The position numbers and the translations under genes are program-made. The notes under the pieces are model-generated. The model saw only the letters and a list, made by a program, of their open reading frames with translations, was not told the origin of the DNA and searched no databases. From a virus: DNA of 64,000 nucleotides. How positions within the stretch are numbered: the first letter of the stretch is position 1; each line of letters opens with the position of its first letter. The stretch lies in the IMG/VR virus record IMGVR_UViG_3300025751_000003. One strand, 5' to 3'. Positions 60,718 through 64,000 of this stretch are shown piece by piece.

Positions 60718-62268
60718 ATGCCTGACATTGAAGAAGGTCAACAGGTAGTAACAGTTGGCAGATCGGAGCCTATCCAGGCGGGTCAGGCGACCATGGAGCA
60801 GTCGCTGCCTGTTGCGCTGGCTAGCGACCAAACTCCCATCCCCATTCTTGACAATCTGAGTGCGCCTTCTGAGGTGCATGATGATCTGCTGGGCAATCCC
60901 CGTGTGCAGACCAGCTTGGCTCTGTGGGATTCCACCAACATTATTGCCATTGATCCCAAGCTTTGGAAGCTGACTGAGGATCGTGAAGGCAATCCCCTGC
61001 ACGCTACTGTCACTCACCTGCCTCAGGAGAGCGGCGCTCAGCTCCTCATCAATACCAACGCACCTAACTCTACAGAGGTGCAGATGCAGAGCCGTCTGGT
61101 ATTCCCGTACCAGACTGGTCGCATCACTGATGTGAGCTTTGGCATCAGCATGCTTCGCAATATAAATGCGACGCATGAAACTGGCCTGTTCGACGAGAAG
61201 AACGGCTATATCGTTCGCATTATTGGCGACGATCTTTTCTTCGTTCGTCGCACCAACTCTGGTGAAACTCCGCAGAACCACGGAGCACCTGCGGGGTCTA
61301 CTGACTATACAGTCACTGATCCCACTTCTATTTATTTCAACCATCGTTATCGCCTGCTGCCTGAAGATCCTTCCGTGATGGAAGAGATTGTTCCTCGCAG
61401 TGTCTTCACTGGCGACAAGCTCGATGGTGTGGGCAACAGTGTTCACACGCTGAGCTTGTCCAACGTGACAATGTTCCGCATCCAGATGGGCTGGTATGGC
61501 GGTTCGGCTTGTAAGTTGATGGCATTCGTGCCTGTCGACGAGAATCTACCTGGCGGTGCTGAGCCTAAGAATGCTCGGTGGGTGACAATTCACCAGATCA
61601 ACACTTGTGATCGCCTGCCGTTCCCGAGCCTCGGCAATCCGAATCTGCCACTGACATTCCGCATTGTCAAGACTGGCAGTCTCGCCCAGGCCGTGTTCCT
61701 GAAGATCTACGGCACCAAGGCTGAGATTGATGGTGGCGATGCCACAAAGTATGACATCTTCTCGCATGCATCATCGAGCGTGCAGATTAATCCTGGTGTG
61801 CCGCGTCCGCTGCTCTCTATTCGTTGCAAGGAGAACATTGTCAATGCGGAAGGTGCTGTAACGAAGAACATTCTTCGCGTGGTGCCTTTGATGCTCAACC
61901 TTTCGTCTACATCGCCCACCAAATTTACGCTGGTGAAGAATGCAAGCGGCTTGGTAGTGAGTGGTGCAACTCTTGATCCGCAGGAAGCTGGTGTGGCTTG
62001 GACTTCCAACGCCCAGCTCTCTGCTGTTGAGTACAACACCACAGCATCTGGCATCACTGGTGGCGAGATTGTCACCACGTTCTTCACTGGCAACGAAGAC
62101 GGTCAAAACCTGGAGCTTCAGGAAATCTTCCGTCTCAACCGCGAGTTCCTCACCCGCCCAATCTCTAATGATTCGGGCCAGTCTGGTGATGTGCTCACGC
62201 TGGTTGCTGAAAGCCTTGCGGTGAGTGGCAACACTGTTGCAGGCTCTCTCACTTGGGGCGAGCGCTGA
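60718..62268 (+). CDS. distal tail / receptor-binding-like protein, paralogue A
   Basis: Shares LGNPRV..., (F/Y)xxxxGWYG(G/A)S(A/S).. and PSLG.P.LP.T motifs with the next ORF. Confidence 0.55.
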   Translation: MPDIEEGQQVVTVGRSEPIQAGQATMEQSLPVALASDQTPIPILDNLSAPSEVHDDLLGNPRVQTSLALWDSTNIIAIDPKLWKLTEDREGNPLHATVTHLPQESGAQLLINTNAPNSTEVQMQSRLVFPYQTGRITDVSFGISMLRNINATHETGLFDEKNGYIVRIIGDDLFFVRRTNSGETPQNHGAPAGSTDYTVTDPTSIYFNHRYRLLPEDPSVMEEIVPRSVFTGDKLDGVGNSVHTLSLSNVTMFRIQMGWYGGSACKLMAFVPVDENLPGGAEPKNARWVTIHQINTCDRLPFPSLGNPNLPLTFRIVKTGSLAQAVFLKIYGTKAEIDGGDATKYDIFSHASSSVQINPGVPRPLLSIRCKENIVNAEGAVTKNILRVVPLMLNLSSTSPTKFTLVKNASGLVVSGATLDPQEAGVAWTSNAQLSAVEYNTTASGITGGEIVTTFFTGNEDGQNLELQEIFRLNREFLTRPISNDSGQSGDVLTLVAESLAVSGNTVAGSLTWGER

Positions 62269-62296
62269 TCGCCTTTCACATTGATAATTACTGCTC

Positions 62297-64000
62297 ATGG
62301 CAACGTATTACCAGCTTCCCCATGAAGTAGGTCAGAAACGCATTGTTGTTGCAAGCGGTGCCAATGCAGGCACCGTCTTGCAAGAAGCTGGTGAGTTTCC
62401 AGTTGGGCAAGCGCCTATGGCGGAGAGCATGCCAGTGGTGGTTCCACTGGAAGGCACTCCGCTAATTATCAATAAATATCTTGAGAAGCCTTCTGAAATC
62501 AAGGTGGATGTGCTTGGCAATCCACGGGTTGATGAAGCGCTGAGTCTGTTTAATTACACAGACGATTATGCATTCCGTGATGACGTGTATGTCACGGAAA
62601 TTCAGGGCTTGAATGAGAGTGGTGAGAATGATGAAGAGAGTGCCAAATGGAGTCAGCTTGAGCGTGTAGCAGTTGACTACACGCCGCTTCCCATTGGCTC
62701 ATTCCGTCACGATATTCGCCGTCGTGGCATCAATGTAGAACTCGCTAAGGCCTCTGGCGGCTTCCAGCGTGCTCGCTTGAGCACGCGGAAGCGCTTCCGT
62801 TATCAGACAGGGCGCGTGATGCGCATGTCTGTGTGCGTGCAGATGAGCCTTGCTGATCTTCCCGCATGTGAGAAGCTCTGGGGCATTGGTGACAGCCAAG
62901 ATGGCTTCTTCTTCCAAATCAGGGCTGCTGGTGAGGGAGATGATTTCCGAATCATCTACCGTCGCTCGTCTGGTGATGGCCTACTGAAGGAAGTTGTCGT
63001 TCCTCGGAGTGAGTTTAATCATGATCCGATGGATGGCACTGGCTATAGCGGTGCCAACATTGACTTCACCAAGAACTGTATGTATCTGGTGGAGTGGGGC
63101 TGGTATGGCGCCAGCTCTGCCCGCTTCTATGCATTTGTCGTAGACGAGCAAGACGGTCTTCCTGCAACGGTGAAGCAGGTGCCTCGGGGCCGTTGGGTGT
63201 TGATGCACGAGCTGCTCATCCCTGACAGCCTTGATGCGCCGAGCCTTGGCACGCCTGTGCTGCCGTTCACCTTGGAAGTGAGCAACACTGGCTACCTTGT
63301 TGAGCCCCAGTTCATCTTTAAGTATGGATTGAGTGTGCAGGTGGATGGCGGCGAGAGTGAAAAGGCCGACATCTATGGAGCCGATCTTTCCAATGGCCGC
63401 GACATTGGTCCCGTTATTGGCGGCACTGCGCCGTCACATTTCTTTCCATTGTTTGCCATTCGTGCAAAAGATTTTGCGAACGGCAATATTTTGAATACTC
63501 TCCAGGGCTTGCCTAAGACTCTGGAAATGTTCGCGAACTACGGCACTGAGCTTGCCGTGTTCCGCGATGCGGAGTTTGCAGACTTCGATGAAGTGGGTCA
63601 TTTCAATGGCACGCTTCCTGATGACGACGGCGGTGATTTTGGTCTAGCCGAGTCGCTGCTGCTTGCTCCTGGCGGTGATCTGGTGATCATTACGCTGTTG
63701 TTCCCTGATGGGAACAACGAGCCCTTCCAGATTATTGATGATGCCGTGACAGAGGGCGTTCTGGTGAGTCCTGATGGCTTTGTCTATGCAGATCCCTTCC
63801 TGTTACTGACAGAACCCCCCGAACAGCTTCCCTTGACGCTGCAGGATCAATATGTGGCCACTGACATGGGCACGCTTGAAGGTAATTTTGTTGTCAAGAA
63901 GACTGTAAGTGGCAAGGAACTCACTCGCCTTTACGTTCCGCCGAACAAGCACACCAATGTAAAGCTCACTTCTATTTACGACTTGGTGCGCGAGGCGATT
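62297..64000 (+). CDS. distal tail / receptor-binding-like protein, paralogue B, 3' end outside window
   Basis: ATG at 62297. I translated the frame by hand to nt 64000 and found no stop, and the ORF is absent from the track for that reason. Confidence 0.55.
   Translation, partial: MATYYQLPHEVGQKRIVVASGANAGTVLQEAGEFPVGQAPMAESMPVVVPLEGTPLIINKYLEKPSEIKVDVLGNPRVDEALSLFNYTDDYAFRDDVYVTEIQGLNESGENDEESAKWSQLERVAVDYTPLPIGSFRHDIRRRGINVELAKASGGFQRARLSTRKRFRYQTGRVMRMSVCVQMSLADLPACEKLWGIGDSQDGFFFQIRAAGEGDDFRIIYRRSSGDGLLKEVVVPRSEFNHDPMDGTGYSGANIDFTKNCMYLVEWGWYGASSARFYAFVVDEQDGLPATVKQVPRGRWVLMHELLIPDSLDAPSLGTPVLPFTLEVSNTGYLVEPQFIFKYGLSVQVDGGESEKADIYGADLSNGRDIGPVIGGTAPSHFFPLFAIRAKDFANGNILNTLQGLPKTLEMFANYGTELAVFRDAEFADFDEVGHFNGTLPDDDGGDFGLAESLLLAPGGDLVIITLLFPDGNNEPFQIIDDAVTEGVLVSPDGFVYADPFLLLTEPPEQLPLTLQDQYVATDMGTLEGNFVVKKTVSGKELTRLYVPPNKHTNVKLTSIYDLVREAI

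Overview
The window reads as most of a siphovirus-type tailed dsDNA phage genome, roughly 50% G+C by hand count. It has one tRNA and no rRNA, CRISPR array or integrase. Layout: (i) 1-5.4 kb, + strand: the end of a tail-fibre cluster, with a fibre carrying G-x-GT-x-SP repeats, three LamG/concanavalin-like accessory proteins and an inserted HNH nuclease. (ii) 5.3-7.1 kb, - strand: a lysis cassette with a glucosaminidase + YkuD-type endolysin and small TM proteins. (iii) 7.8-14.2 kb, - strand: nucleotide metabolism and recombination genes (DUF3310, thyX, dcd, Vsr-like nuclease, acidic-tailed SSB-like protein, PD-(D/E)XK exonuclease, Sak/Rad52-like annealase, RHH-like regulator). (iv) 14.35-24.9 kb, + strand: a primase-helicase followed by about 25 small ORFs, punctuated by hairpin terminators and a thrice-repeated terminator-promoter cassette. 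(v) 24.95-27.85 kb: an iteron array, repeat-dense non-coding DNA and a clearly GC-richer module with a 505-aa GP88-like ORF, ending at an inverted pair of TTTTCCACA DnaA-type boxes. (vi) 28-33.1 kb: an HNH nuclease, a long hairpin-rich non-coding stretch, RNR alpha and beta, endonuclease VII and a metallophosphoesterase. (vii) 33.1-36.2 kb, - strand: small ORFs, tRNA-Thr(UGU) and the large terminase. (viii) 36.2-64 kb, + strand: portal, Mu-F-like protein, two glycosyltransferases plus a methyltransferase, an antisense XRE regulator, DUF2213-type protease/scaffold, major capsid, connectors and tail tube. This block continues with G/GT chaperones carrying an in-phase A AAA AAA -1 frameshift site, a 1399-aa tape measure, lambda M/L/K/I/J-like tip genes and distal fibre paralogues that run off the window. 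The TTTTCCACA boxes, a YRGV small ORF, a small-alpha RNR and frequent SD-less AACCATG starts hint at a cyanobacterial host, but that is inference only. All functional calls come from motif recognition by eye; no database search was run. Start codons are often uncertain. Several long ORFs in the supplied track are antisense artefacts and are listed under rejected items.
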